64,000 nucleotides of DNA from the NCBI GenBank assembly GCA_013152535.1, contig JAADGE010000027.1, positions 37,916 to 101,915 on the forward strand, written 5' to 3'. This DNA comes from Chlorobiota bacterium (GTDB lineage: Bacteria; Bacteroidota; Bacteroidia; Bacteroidales; JAADGE01). The first letter of the stretch is position 1. Each line of letters opens with the position of its first letter. A program made the position numbers and the translations under genes. Positions 27,891 to 36,129 of the stretch are shown here, piece by piece. The notes below the pieces were generated by a model, which did no database searches, was not told the DNA's origin, and worked only from the letters and a program-made list of their open reading frames with translations.

Positions 27891-27974
27891 CAGCCCGATT
27901 TAAGAATTTAACGAGGCATTAAAAGTTCCGACGTATTTTGCGGACGCCTCCTAAACACATTTAAAAAGTATAAA

Positions 27975-28715
27975 ATGTACGCAATTGTAGAAATAGCCGG
28001 ACAACAATTTAAAGTTGAAAAAGACCAAAAAATATTTGTTCACAGATTGGCTGAAAAAGAAGGTGATAATGTAACTTTCGACAAAGTATTATTAACTGAC
28101 GACGGAAAAAAAGTTACAATAGGAACACCTACAGTAACAGGTGCTTCTGTAAAAACAAAAGTACTTGCTCATATGAGAGGTGACAAAGTTTTAGTTTTTA
28201 AGAAAAAAAGAAGAAAAGGTTACCAAAAACTTAACGGACATCGTCAAGACTTATCTCAAATTCAAATTGAAGATATTTCTTTAAACGGAAAAACTTCTGC
28301 TAAAAAAGAGACTGCTGAAAAAGAAGTTAAAGAACAGGTTAAAAAAGAATCCGCAAAAAAAACGGAAACTAAAAAAGAACCGGTAAAAAAAGAAGTTGCT
28401 AAAAAAGCAGAAGTAAAAAAAGTTACGCCTAAAAAGGCTGAACCTAAAGCAGTAAAAGCTGATAAATTAACAAAAATTGAAGGTATAGGTCCTAAAATTG
28501 CCGGTATTTTGGCTGAAGCAGGAATTGATACTTTCAAAAAATTATCAACTTCAAAAGCAGATAAAATTTCTGAAATTTTAGTTGCTGCCGGCGGAAATGC
28601 TTATAACAGATTTGACCCTGCAACATGGCCCGAACAAGCAAAATTAGCCGCTGACAGTAAATGGGATGAATTACAAAAATTACAAGACGAATTAAACGGC
28701 GGTAAAGCTAATTAA
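27975..28715 (+). CDS. rplU: 50S ribosomal protein L21 with long C-terminal extension (Lys/Glu-rich linker plus helix-hairpin-helix domain)
   Basis: Residues 1-103 (MYAIVEIAGQQFKVEKDQKIFV...KKRRKGYQKLNGHRQ) are canonical L21. Residues 104-162 are KKE/KKA low complexity. Residues 163-246 contain LTKIEGIGPKIAGILAEAGIDTF. Confidence 0.9.
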   Translation: MYAIVEIAGQQFKVEKDQKIFVHRLAEKEGDNVTFDKVLLTDDGKKVTIGTPTVTGASVKTKVLAHMRGDKVLVFKKKRRKGYQKLNGHRQDLSQIQIEDISLNGKTSAKKETAEKEVKEQVKKESAKKTETKKEPVKKEVAKKAEVKKVTPKKAEPKAVKADKLTKIEGIGPKIAGILAEAGIDTFKKLSTSKADKISEILVAAGGNAYNRFDPATWPEQAKLAADSKWDELQKLQDELNGGKAN

Positions 28716-28736
28716 TAACCTATTAAATAAAACATT

Positions 28737-28997
28737 ATGGCACATAAGAAAGGAATGGGGAGCTCCCGAAACGGAAGAGATTCGGAAAGCAAAAGATTAG
28801 GTGTGAAATTATACGGAGGACAAAAAGTTACCGCAGGAAATATTATTGTTCGTCAAAGAGGAACGAAACATTTTCCCGGTGTAAATGTCGGAATGGGCAG
28901 AGACCACACATTGTTTGCTTTAACGGACGGAATTATTATATTCAAAAAGAAAAGAAATAATAAATCATACGTTTCTGTAGAACCCGAAGGAAAATAA
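28737..28997 (+). CDS. rpmA: 50S ribosomal protein L27
   Basis: [27 protein letters not shown] is the canonical L27 N-terminus. Confidence 0.95.
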   Translation: MAHKKGMGSSRNGRDSESKRLGVKLYGGQKVTAGNIIVRQRGTKHFPGVNVGMGRDHTLFALTDGIIIFKKKRNNKSYVSVEPEGK

Positions 28998-29023
28998 ATA
29001 AAAATTACAGTAAATGATTATTT

Positions 29024-29065
29024 ATCCCGTTACTTCGTAAAATATGCGATAACGGGATTTTTTTA
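29024..29065 (+). terminator. Probable terminator of rplU-rpmA
   Basis: The stem atcccgtta (29024..29032) pairs with taacgggat (29050..29058) and is followed by a T-run. Confidence 0.6.
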
Positions 29066-29079
29066 TTAAAATCAAAATT

Positions 29080-30351
29080 ATGCTTACATTAAATCAAATA
29101 AGAAATAATCCGGAAAAGCTTATACAAAAACTTTCTGTCAGAAATAATGATTTCAGTGAACTAATTCAGAATGCAATTAAAACGGATGACAAAAGACGCG
29201 AACTTCAAGGTAAACTTGATGCAGTTTCGGAACAATCCAATAAACTTGCGAAAAGTATCGGTCAATTATATAAAGAAGGAAAACAGGATGAGGCAAATGC
29301 CGCCAAAGCAAATGCTGCTGCATTAAAAGAAGAAATTAAAGTTTTGACGACCGAATTGAATGAAACTAAAACTAATTTACAAACAATTCTTTCGGAAATA
29401 CCGAATATTCCGCACCCTTCTGTACCCAAAGGAAAAACAGATGCCGATAATGCGGAAATTCGTAAAGGAGGAAGCATTCCCGAACTGAAAAATAAAGTTC
29501 CGCATTGGGAATTAGCCGATAAGTATGATTTAATTGATTTTGAACTCGGGAATAAAATTACCGGTGCCGGTTTTCCGGTTTACAAAGGTAAAGGTGCTAA
29601 ATTACAAAGAGCATTAATTGCTTTTTTTCTTGACGAAGCTGATAAAGCCGGGTTTACGGAAATCATGCCGCCTTTGGTAATCAATGAAGCATCGGGTTTC
29701 GGAACCGGGCAATTGCCTGATAAAGAAGGACAAATGTATCAAATTACCGAAGATAAATTATTTCTGATACCTACGGCCGAAGTTCCTGTTACAAATTTAT
29801 ATCGAGATGTTATTCTGAAAGCAAAAGATTTTCCTGTTAAAATGACCGCATACTCCTCTTGTTTCAGGCGTGAAGCCGGTTCATACGGAAAAAATGTTCG
29901 CGGATTAAACCGGTTGCATCAATTCGATAAAGTAGAAATTGTTCAAATTCAACATCCGGATAAATCCTACGAAACTCTGGACCAAATGGTAAAATATGTT
30001 GAATCTTTGGTGCAAAAATTAGAACTTCCGTATCGTATCGTGCGTTTATGCGGAGGCGATTTAGGTTTTACTTCCGCATTAACTTATGATTTTGAAGTTT
30101 ATTCCGCAGGGCAAGATAAGTGGCTGGAAGTCAGCTCTGTATCAAACTTTGAAAGTTTTCAGGCAAACCGTTTAAAATTAAGATTTAAAGAAGAAGGCGA
30201 AAAACAAACCCGACTTGCACATACCTTAAACGGAAGTGCTTTAGCATTACCGCGCATTGTTGCAGCTCTTTTGGAAAATAATTATACCGAAAAAGGAATT
30301 AAAATTCCGCAAGTATTACAAAAATTTCTTAACTTTGATATCATCAATTAA
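29080..30351 (+). CDS. serS: Seryl-tRNA synthetase
   Basis: It has an N-terminal coiled-coil arm. Class II motifs FRREAGS and GSALALPRIVAALLEN are present. Length is 423 aa. Confidence 0.95.
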   Translation: MLTLNQIRNNPEKLIQKLSVRNNDFSELIQNAIKTDDKRRELQGKLDAVSEQSNKLAKSIGQLYKEGKQDEANAAKANAAALKEEIKVLTTELNETKTNLQTILSEIPNIPHPSVPKGKTDADNAEIRKGGSIPELKNKVPHWELADKYDLIDFELGNKITGAGFPVYKGKGAKLQRALIAFFLDEADKAGFTEIMPPLVINEASGFGTGQLPDKEGQMYQITEDKLFLIPTAEVPVTNLYRDVILKAKDFPVKMTAYSSCFRREAGSYGKNVRGLNRLHQFDKVEIVQIQHPDKSYETLDQMVKYVESLVQKLELPYRIVRLCGGDLGFTSALTYDFEVYSAGQDKWLEVSSVSNFESFQANRLKLRFKEEGEKQTRLAHTLNGSALALPRIVAALLENNYTEKGIKIPQVLQKFLNFDIIN

Positions 30352-30355
30352 AAAA

Positions 30356-30820
30356 ATGAGAATGAAAAACATATTAATATTAAGCATCATACTTGTATCC
30401 TTAACTTTATTTTCTTCCTGCAAAAGCGAATCTGAGAAAGAACTTGATACATTACACGCATATATTGAATCAAATAATATAACGACAGAACCCACCGCAA
30501 GCGGACTGTATTATATTGAAACCAAAGCGGGAACCGGAACTCAGGCAAAAGCCGGTAACATTGTTGATGTACAATACACCGGAACATTTTTAGACGGCAA
30601 AAAATTTGATTCTTCTTATGACAGAAATGAACCGTTCGAATTTACTCTCGGCAGAGGCGATGTTATTAAAGGATGGGACGAAGGTGTTGCCTATATGAAA
30701 AAAGGCGGAAAAGCAACATTAATAATGCCCAGCAGCCTGGCATACGGTGCATCCGGAGCCGGCACTATCCCGCCTTATACAAGTTTAATTTTTGAAGTGG
30801 AATTGGTTGACGTGAAATAA
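30356..30820 (+). CDS. FKBP-type peptidyl-prolyl cis-trans isomerase, lipoprotein
   Basis: It has the lipobox LFSSC. VQYTGTFLDGKKFDSSYDR..PFEF.LG.G.VIKGWDEG and LIFEVELV form the FKBP core. The start is set at ATG 30356, because the track start at 30257 overlaps serS. Confidence 0.9.
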   Translation: MRMKNILILSIILVSLTLFSSCKSESEKELDTLHAYIESNNITTEPTASGLYYIETKAGTGTQAKAGNIVDVQYTGTFLDGKKFDSSYDRNEPFEFTLGRGDVIKGWDEGVAYMKKGGKATLIMPSSLAYGASGAGTIPPYTSLIFEVELVDVK

Positions 30821-30919
30821 AACACAGAAAATAACAGTTAAAAACGGATAGTTTGTTCTATATAAACGTTAAGTTCAATTAAAAATAAGATACAGCACAC
30901 ACCCTTTAAATTATTCGAA

Positions 30920-32017
30920 ATGGAAATAAAAGAAAACTTACAAAATTTAAGTGATAGAGTTTTGGATTTAAAAGAGAAAATTTTAACAGAAGAAGCGACA
31001 AAAAATGCTTTCGTAATGCCATTCATACAACTTCTTGGGTACGATATCTTCAATCCTCTTGAAGTTGTTCCGGAATTTGTTGCAGACGTAAGCAATAAGA
31101 AAGGGGAGAAAGTTGATTATTGTATAAAAAAAGACAACGAACCAATAATAATTATTGAGTGTAAACATTGGAAAGAAAATTTAGATTTACACAATACTCA
31201 ATTAGAACGATATTTTAGTTTTACAAAAGCAAAATTCGGGATTTTAACAAACGGAATAATTTACCGATTTTACACAGACATAGACGAAACAAATAAAATG
31301 GATAAAAATCCTTTTTTAGAGTTTGATTTAGAAAATATCAGAGAAAATGCTGTCACAGAATTAAGTCGATTTCATAAAAATTCGTTTGATTTAGAGAAAA
31401 TTTTTGACGCAGCCGGCGAAATGAAATATTACAGTGCAATAAAATCTGTCTTTAAAAAGGAATTAGAAAATCCGTCGGATGAACTTGTTAAATTTTTTGC
31501 AAGAAAAATATATTCCGGCAGTTTAACAGAAAAAGTTGTTCATCAATTTCAAAAAATTGTCAAAAAAGCACTTAATCACAGAATAAATGAAACAATAAAC
31601 GAGCGTTTAAAATCGGCATTAACAAAAGAAGAAGAAAAGCAAATTGACATTGTTCCAAAAACAGACATTTCGAATTTGCATCCTCATGAAATAGTGCTTT
31701 TTGAAGACGCAGAGCGTGGTATTGTTACAACACAAGAAGAAATAAATGGGTTTGAAATAGTTTTAGATATTCTAAAAGATAATTTTGATAAAGAAAGAAT
31801 TGTATATCGTGATACAAAATCATATTTCGGGATTTTATTAGACGATAATAATAGGCAACCAATTTGCAGATTTAGATTTGACACAAAACAGAAATATTTG
31901 AGTATCATTGATGAAGAAAAAAATGAAAATAAATATCCGATATATAGAATTGAACATATTTATAAATATTCAAATGAAATTTTAAAATCGGCATTACAAT
32001 ACAATGAAGATGACTAA
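30920..32017 (+). CDS. Stand-alone type I restriction enzyme HsdR N-terminal (PD-(D/E)XK nuclease-like) domain protein
   Basis: EEATKNAFVMPFIQLLGYD...KVDYCI...IIIECKHW...QL.RYF carries the D...E.K nuclease core of the HsdR-N/Mrr-like fold. The C-terminal half is about 200 aa with no helicase motifs. Confidence 0.7.
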   Translation: MEIKENLQNLSDRVLDLKEKILTEEATKNAFVMPFIQLLGYDIFNPLEVVPEFVADVSNKKGEKVDYCIKKDNEPIIIIECKHWKENLDLHNTQLERYFSFTKAKFGILTNGIIYRFYTDIDETNKMDKNPFLEFDLENIRENAVTELSRFHKNSFDLEKIFDAAGEMKYYSAIKSVFKKELENPSDELVKFFARKIYSGSLTEKVVHQFQKIVKKALNHRINETINERLKSALTKEEEKQIDIVPKTDISNLHPHEIVLFEDAERGIVTTQEEINGFEIVLDILKDNFDKERIVYRDTKSYFGILLDDNNRQPICRFRFDTKQKYLSIIDEEKNENKYPIYRIEHIYKYSNEILKSALQYNEDD

Positions 32018-32344
32018 ATTTAAGTTCTTGTATTAAAAAAAAAATCGGGAAAAAGGATATAAACTTTATCTTCCAACCAAAGAACAACTAAAAAGAAAAG
32101 TTGAAAAGATATTGAATAAAAAAAAAGAACTTAACAAGAGCTATATATCTTGCGGTGAGTAAGGTCTTTGGAAGGTTGCAATAAGAAAAAAACACCGCCA
32201 AAATTTTATATTTTAATTTTTCAGATTATTTTTAAGCTAAAATAAAAATTTTTAGCTATTTCATAGATTGTAAGTTTATGGTTAAAAATCCGCACAATAC
32301 AATAGTCAAACGATAGGTACAAGCAAAAAACAGGACTCAAAAGA

Positions 32345-32917
32345 ATGGAAATATACACAGAAGATAAGAAATTTGAAAAACTTACTTTTACGGAAAAGCC
32401 GCTTGAAAAAGGAGAATACGAATATTGTACATTTTCAAATTGTGATTTTTCAAATTCAGACCTGACTCAAATTATATTTTCAGAATGCGAATTCATTAAC
32501 TGTAATTTAAGTATGTTTAAGTTGACAGGAACTGCATTTAGAAATATAAAATTCAAAGATTGTAAAATGTTAGGAATAAACTTTGAAAATTGCAACGAAT
32601 TCGGACTTGAGATGTCTTTTGAAAACTGTGTATTAAACGATTGCATATTTTATAAAGTAAAATTAAAAAATACGAATTTTAAAAATTCACAACTACACAA
32701 AACTGATTTTGGCGAATGTGATTTAACAAATTCCGTTTTTGACAACTGCGATTTGACAAGAGCCGCTTTTGAAAATACAATACTCGAAAATGTTGATTTC
32801 GAAACCGCATACAACTTTGAAATTGACCCGGAATTTAATCGAATAAAAAAAGCAAAATTCTCAATCGAAAACATTTCGGGACTTTTAACAAAATACGATA
32901 TTACAATAGAGAGATAA
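32345..32917 (+). CDS. Pentapeptide-repeat protein
   Basis: Continuous A(D/N)LxX-type repeats are present, for example FSNCDFSNSDLTQIIFSECEFINCNLSMFKLTG and NFKNSQLHKTDFGECDLTNSVFDNCDLTRAAFENT. Confidence 0.88.
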   Translation: MEIYTEDKKFEKLTFTEKPLEKGEYEYCTFSNCDFSNSDLTQIIFSECEFINCNLSMFKLTGTAFRNIKFKDCKMLGINFENCNEFGLEMSFENCVLNDCIFYKVKLKNTNFKNSQLHKTDFGECDLTNSVFDNCDLTRAAFENTILENVDFETAYNFEIDPEFNRIKKAKFSIENISGLLTKYDITIER

Positions 32918-33231
32918 ATGAACATACAACCAATAACATACAACTCAGATAAAACGAAATTAATAAGAAAAAAAGTGAAAACATTGCAGGCAGACAATAA
33001 AATATTTGAATTTCGGATGCCAACCAATAAAGAAAAAACAACCGGCACCTGACAGCAGGGTATAGCCTGTCGCATGTAACGGAAACATAAAAAATGAATG
33101 ATAAAATATAAAATGTAACTTTATATAAAATTTAAGAAAGGAATTGCGGCACGTGATATACCCACACACGTTGTAATACAAAATTATTATTGAATATTAT
33201 TATTTTTAAATTTAATAAAGGAGAAATTAAA

Positions 33232-34674
33232 ATGAAAAAAGCAACATCAATTTTAGCAGTAGTTGCATTAATGATTTCTACAAATCTTTTTGCACAAAGA
33301 ACATCAGATGTCGGTAACAGTAAAGATTACCCGTCTGTAACCCGATTTGAAGGCTCTTTTATAGAGTACTATAAAGTAACAAAATCAGATGACTACAAAA
33401 TACCGTTGAATTTCGCAAAAGGAAATTTAGATTTTGTAAATCCGGCAGATGTTGAAGGTAAGATTATTAGAATTCAGTATTCGGCAAAACCGGACAACAA
33501 CACAGCTTATGTAATGAAAACTTTGAAAACATCAATCGTTAAAGATGGATTTAAACTATTGTATGCAAAGTCCGATAAAGAAATACCTTTAAATCTGTCA
33601 TCGGCATTATACAAAGACCTGAATAATCAGAAATTCGGATTCAGATACGAAACAAAAGGAAAAGATCAGGGTCTCATTATTGCAAAAAAACAAGATAAAG
33701 GAAAGGAAATTTATGCCTGTATCTATATTTCAGGTTTCGATAATGTAACCTTAATTACACAGGATGTAATTGAAACAGAGCCATATAATCAAAAAAGTAT
33801 AAGCCCGTTAATAAGTGATTTTACCGGAGCTGTAAAATATTATCAAAAAATAACCAAGTGGGATACTTATATTTTTCCGACAGAAAAAATGGGATGGCAA
33901 GGCTGGAAAAAAACGATAAAAGCACAAGGAGAAATTACCCGTACGCAATATGTAACTTCAAAAGATAATAATCCGGCTTTTGTTTATATGAATTATACCG
34001 AAGCTCTTAAAAAATCGAATTGGACCATATTGTTTGGCGGAAGCGGTACGGGCCAACTTAATAATGATTCGTATGAGTGGCAATATTATCTGTTTCAAGA
34101 AGGATATAAACAAGGCAGTAAATTTGGAGACAGATTAGGATTCAGGGCAAATGACCGTGCTAAATATGCATATATCGCTGCTGAATATGAAGATACTGAC
34201 AACTTATATTATGCCGTAATTTATATTATTGATAAAGGCTGGGGAACGATGATTAATCAGGATATTATAAAAACTAAAAAACCTGATGTCGGATTGGTTA
34301 CTGCAAAAATATTAACCGAGAAAATGGATAAAAACGGACATTTTGCTTTAGGCGGTATCTTCTTTGAAACAGGAAAATCAACTTTAACAGCACAGTCAGA
34401 TGCAGCATTGAAAACTATTGCAGATTATCTTAATGCTCATAAAGATAAAAAATATTTTATTGTAGGACATACTGATAATGTGGGTGAATTTGAAGCAAAT
34501 AAAAAATTATCAGAAAACAGAGCAAACGCAGTTCTGAATGAATTAACGACCAAATACGGCGTTAATTCCGAACAATTAAAAGCCTATGGCATTGCCAATC
34601 TTTCACCTGTAGTCAGTAATTCTACCGATAAAGGAAAAAGCAGAAACAGAAGAGTTGAAATAGTAGAGCAATAA
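33232..34674 (+). CDS. OmpA-family protein with duplicated N-terminal domain
   Basis: The signal peptide ends LFA|Q. There are two related modules of about 170 aa (..GKIIRIQYSAKPDNNTAYV.. and ..GEITRTQYVTSKDNNPAFV..). The C-terminal OmpA peptidoglycan-binding domain reads FETGKSTL...GHTDNVG....N..LS..RA..V...L...NRRVEIV. Confidence 0.85.
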   Translation: MKKATSILAVVALMISTNLFAQRTSDVGNSKDYPSVTRFEGSFIEYYKVTKSDDYKIPLNFAKGNLDFVNPADVEGKIIRIQYSAKPDNNTAYVMKTLKTSIVKDGFKLLYAKSDKEIPLNLSSALYKDLNNQKFGFRYETKGKDQGLIIAKKQDKGKEIYACIYISGFDNVTLITQDVIETEPYNQKSISPLISDFTGAVKYYQKITKWDTYIFPTEKMGWQGWKKTIKAQGEITRTQYVTSKDNNPAFVYMNYTEALKKSNWTILFGGSGTGQLNNDSYEWQYYLFQEGYKQGSKFGDRLGFRANDRAKYAYIAAEYEDTDNLYYAVIYIIDKGWGTMINQDIIKTKKPDVGLVTAKILTEKMDKNGHFALGGIFFETGKSTLTAQSDAALKTIADYLNAHKDKKYFIVGHTDNVGEFEANKKLSENRANAVLNELTTKYGVNSEQLKAYGIANLSPVVSNSTDKGKSRNRRVEIVEQ

Positions 34675-34847
34675 ATACTACTGATAATAAAAACTATACG
34701 TAATGCGAGTGAAATGTTAAATATAAGCATTCCGGCAATAAATGAGTCGTAAACTGAAAGTGTTGTATTTTAATTTTGTATTACGTATAGTTAAACCCTT
34801 AATCTGTCTGTAAGAGAACGCAACAGATAAATATAAACAAAGCAATT

Positions 34848-36128
34848 ATGAGAAAATATTTTCTTTTTATACTAATCATTCTTTTACCCGGTATTAATCT
34901 TTTTGCACAAGTTAATTTCAATGATTATTTTCTTGATAAATCGTTGCGTTTTGACTACATCATAGGCGGAAATAATAAAGAAAGTAAAGTTTATTTTAAT
35001 AAATTAAAAGAAGAACCTTTTTGGGGCGGCTCTGAACAAAATTTAATCGATAAATTTAATTTCGGCGATTTCAGAGTTTCGGTTTTTGATTCAACCGGCA
35101 ACACACTTTTGTATTCGAGAGGTTATTCGTCTTTGTATGTTGAATGGATTGATACGGAAGAAGCAAAGCATATCGACAGAAGTTTTTATGAATCGGTTGT
35201 TGTGCCGTTTCCTAAACAAAAGGTACTTATCAAAATAGAGATGAGGGATAAAAAAAATATTTTTCATTCCTTATTTGAAATGCCGATAAATCCCGATGCG
35301 GTTTCGATTATTAGAGATAAACAAACGGCATATAAAACACAAAAATTATACTATTCCGGTAACCATCACAAAAAATTGGATATCGTAATATTGCCTGACG
35401 GTTACATTGAAAAAGATTCGGCAAAATTTCATAAAGATTGCAAACGATTTATATCTTACTTTTTTAATGTTGAGCCGTTTAAAAGCAATGCAGATAAAGT
35501 TAATTTTTGGGCGGTTGATGCATATTCAGAAGAGTCCGGAACGGATATGCCGAGAAAAAATATATGGAAAAACACGGTTTTGAATACACATTTTAATACT
35601 TTCGGTTCGGAACGTTATTTAACGACACAAGATATCGAAACAGTCAGAAATACAGCAGCTTATGCACCCTACGATCAAATTTATATTTTAGTAAATACCG
35701 ATAAATACGGCGGCGGCGGTGTGTATAATTATTACAATTTATGTTCGGCGGATAATAAATATTCCGGAAGAGTTTTTACCCACGAATTCGGGCATGCGTT
35801 TGCGGCACTTGCCGATGAATATCAATACGGATACGATAAGGCAGAGGAATTATACGATATGTCGGTTGAACCGTGGCAGGTTAATATTACGAATTTGGTC
35901 GATTTTGATTCTAAATGGAAAAATCTTGTTGAAAAAGATACTCCTGTGCCGACTCCGGATATGCCGAAATATAAAAATACAATAGGAGCATTTGAAGGTG
36001 CCGGTTATGTAAAAAAAGGTATTTATCGACCTATGCATGATTGTAAAATGCGTTCAAATTCCACCGATAAATTTTGTCCTGTTTGCTATAAAACAGTTTT
36101 GGATATGTTGTTGTTTTATTCGGAATAA
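34848..36128 (+). CDS. M64 family (IgA-peptidase-like) zinc metallopeptidase
   Basis: The signal peptide ends LFA|Q. The HEFGHAFAALADEY zinc motif follows an M64 N-terminal domain. Confidence 0.85.
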   Translation: MRKYFLFILIILLPGINLFAQVNFNDYFLDKSLRFDYIIGGNNKESKVYFNKLKEEPFWGGSEQNLIDKFNFGDFRVSVFDSTGNTLLYSRGYSSLYVEWIDTEEAKHIDRSFYESVVVPFPKQKVLIKIEMRDKKNIFHSLFEMPINPDAVSIIRDKQTAYKTQKLYYSGNHHKKLDIVILPDGYIEKDSAKFHKDCKRFISYFFNVEPFKSNADKVNFWAVDAYSEESGTDMPRKNIWKNTVLNTHFNTFGSERYLTTQDIETVRNTAAYAPYDQIYILVNTDKYGGGGVYNYYNLCSADNKYSGRVFTHEFGHAFAALADEYQYGYDKAEELYDMSVEPWQVNITNLVDFDSKWKNLVEKDTPVPTPDMPKYKNTIGAFEGAGYVKKGIYRPMHDCKMRSNSTDKFCPVCYKTVLDMLLFYSE

Positions 36129-36129
36129 T

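Noticed and set aside
28290-28470. Apparent tandem DNA repeats (aaaaaagaa/gttaaaaaa units) inside rplU
   Set aside because: They are the coding consequence of the KKE/KKA low-complexity linker. The frame is maintained and the units are imperfect, so this is not a CRISPR-like or satellite repeat.
30257-30355. Long form of the FKBP gene overlapping the serS 3' end by 95 nt
   Set aside because: The extension (MLQLFWKIIIPKKELKF...) has no signal or domain features. The ATG at 30356 gives a standard lipoprotein signal peptide right after the serS stop.
32918-33052. 44-codon ORF starting at the ATG that abuts the pentapeptide-repeat gene stop (TAAATG), encoding MNIQPITYNSDKTKLIRKKVKTLQADNKIFEFRMPTNKEKTTGT
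   Set aside because: The only support is the coupled-looking position. The Lys/Asn-rich composition is what AT-rich non-coding DNA yields and there is no motif. It is worth a TBLASTN check but not reportable as a gene.
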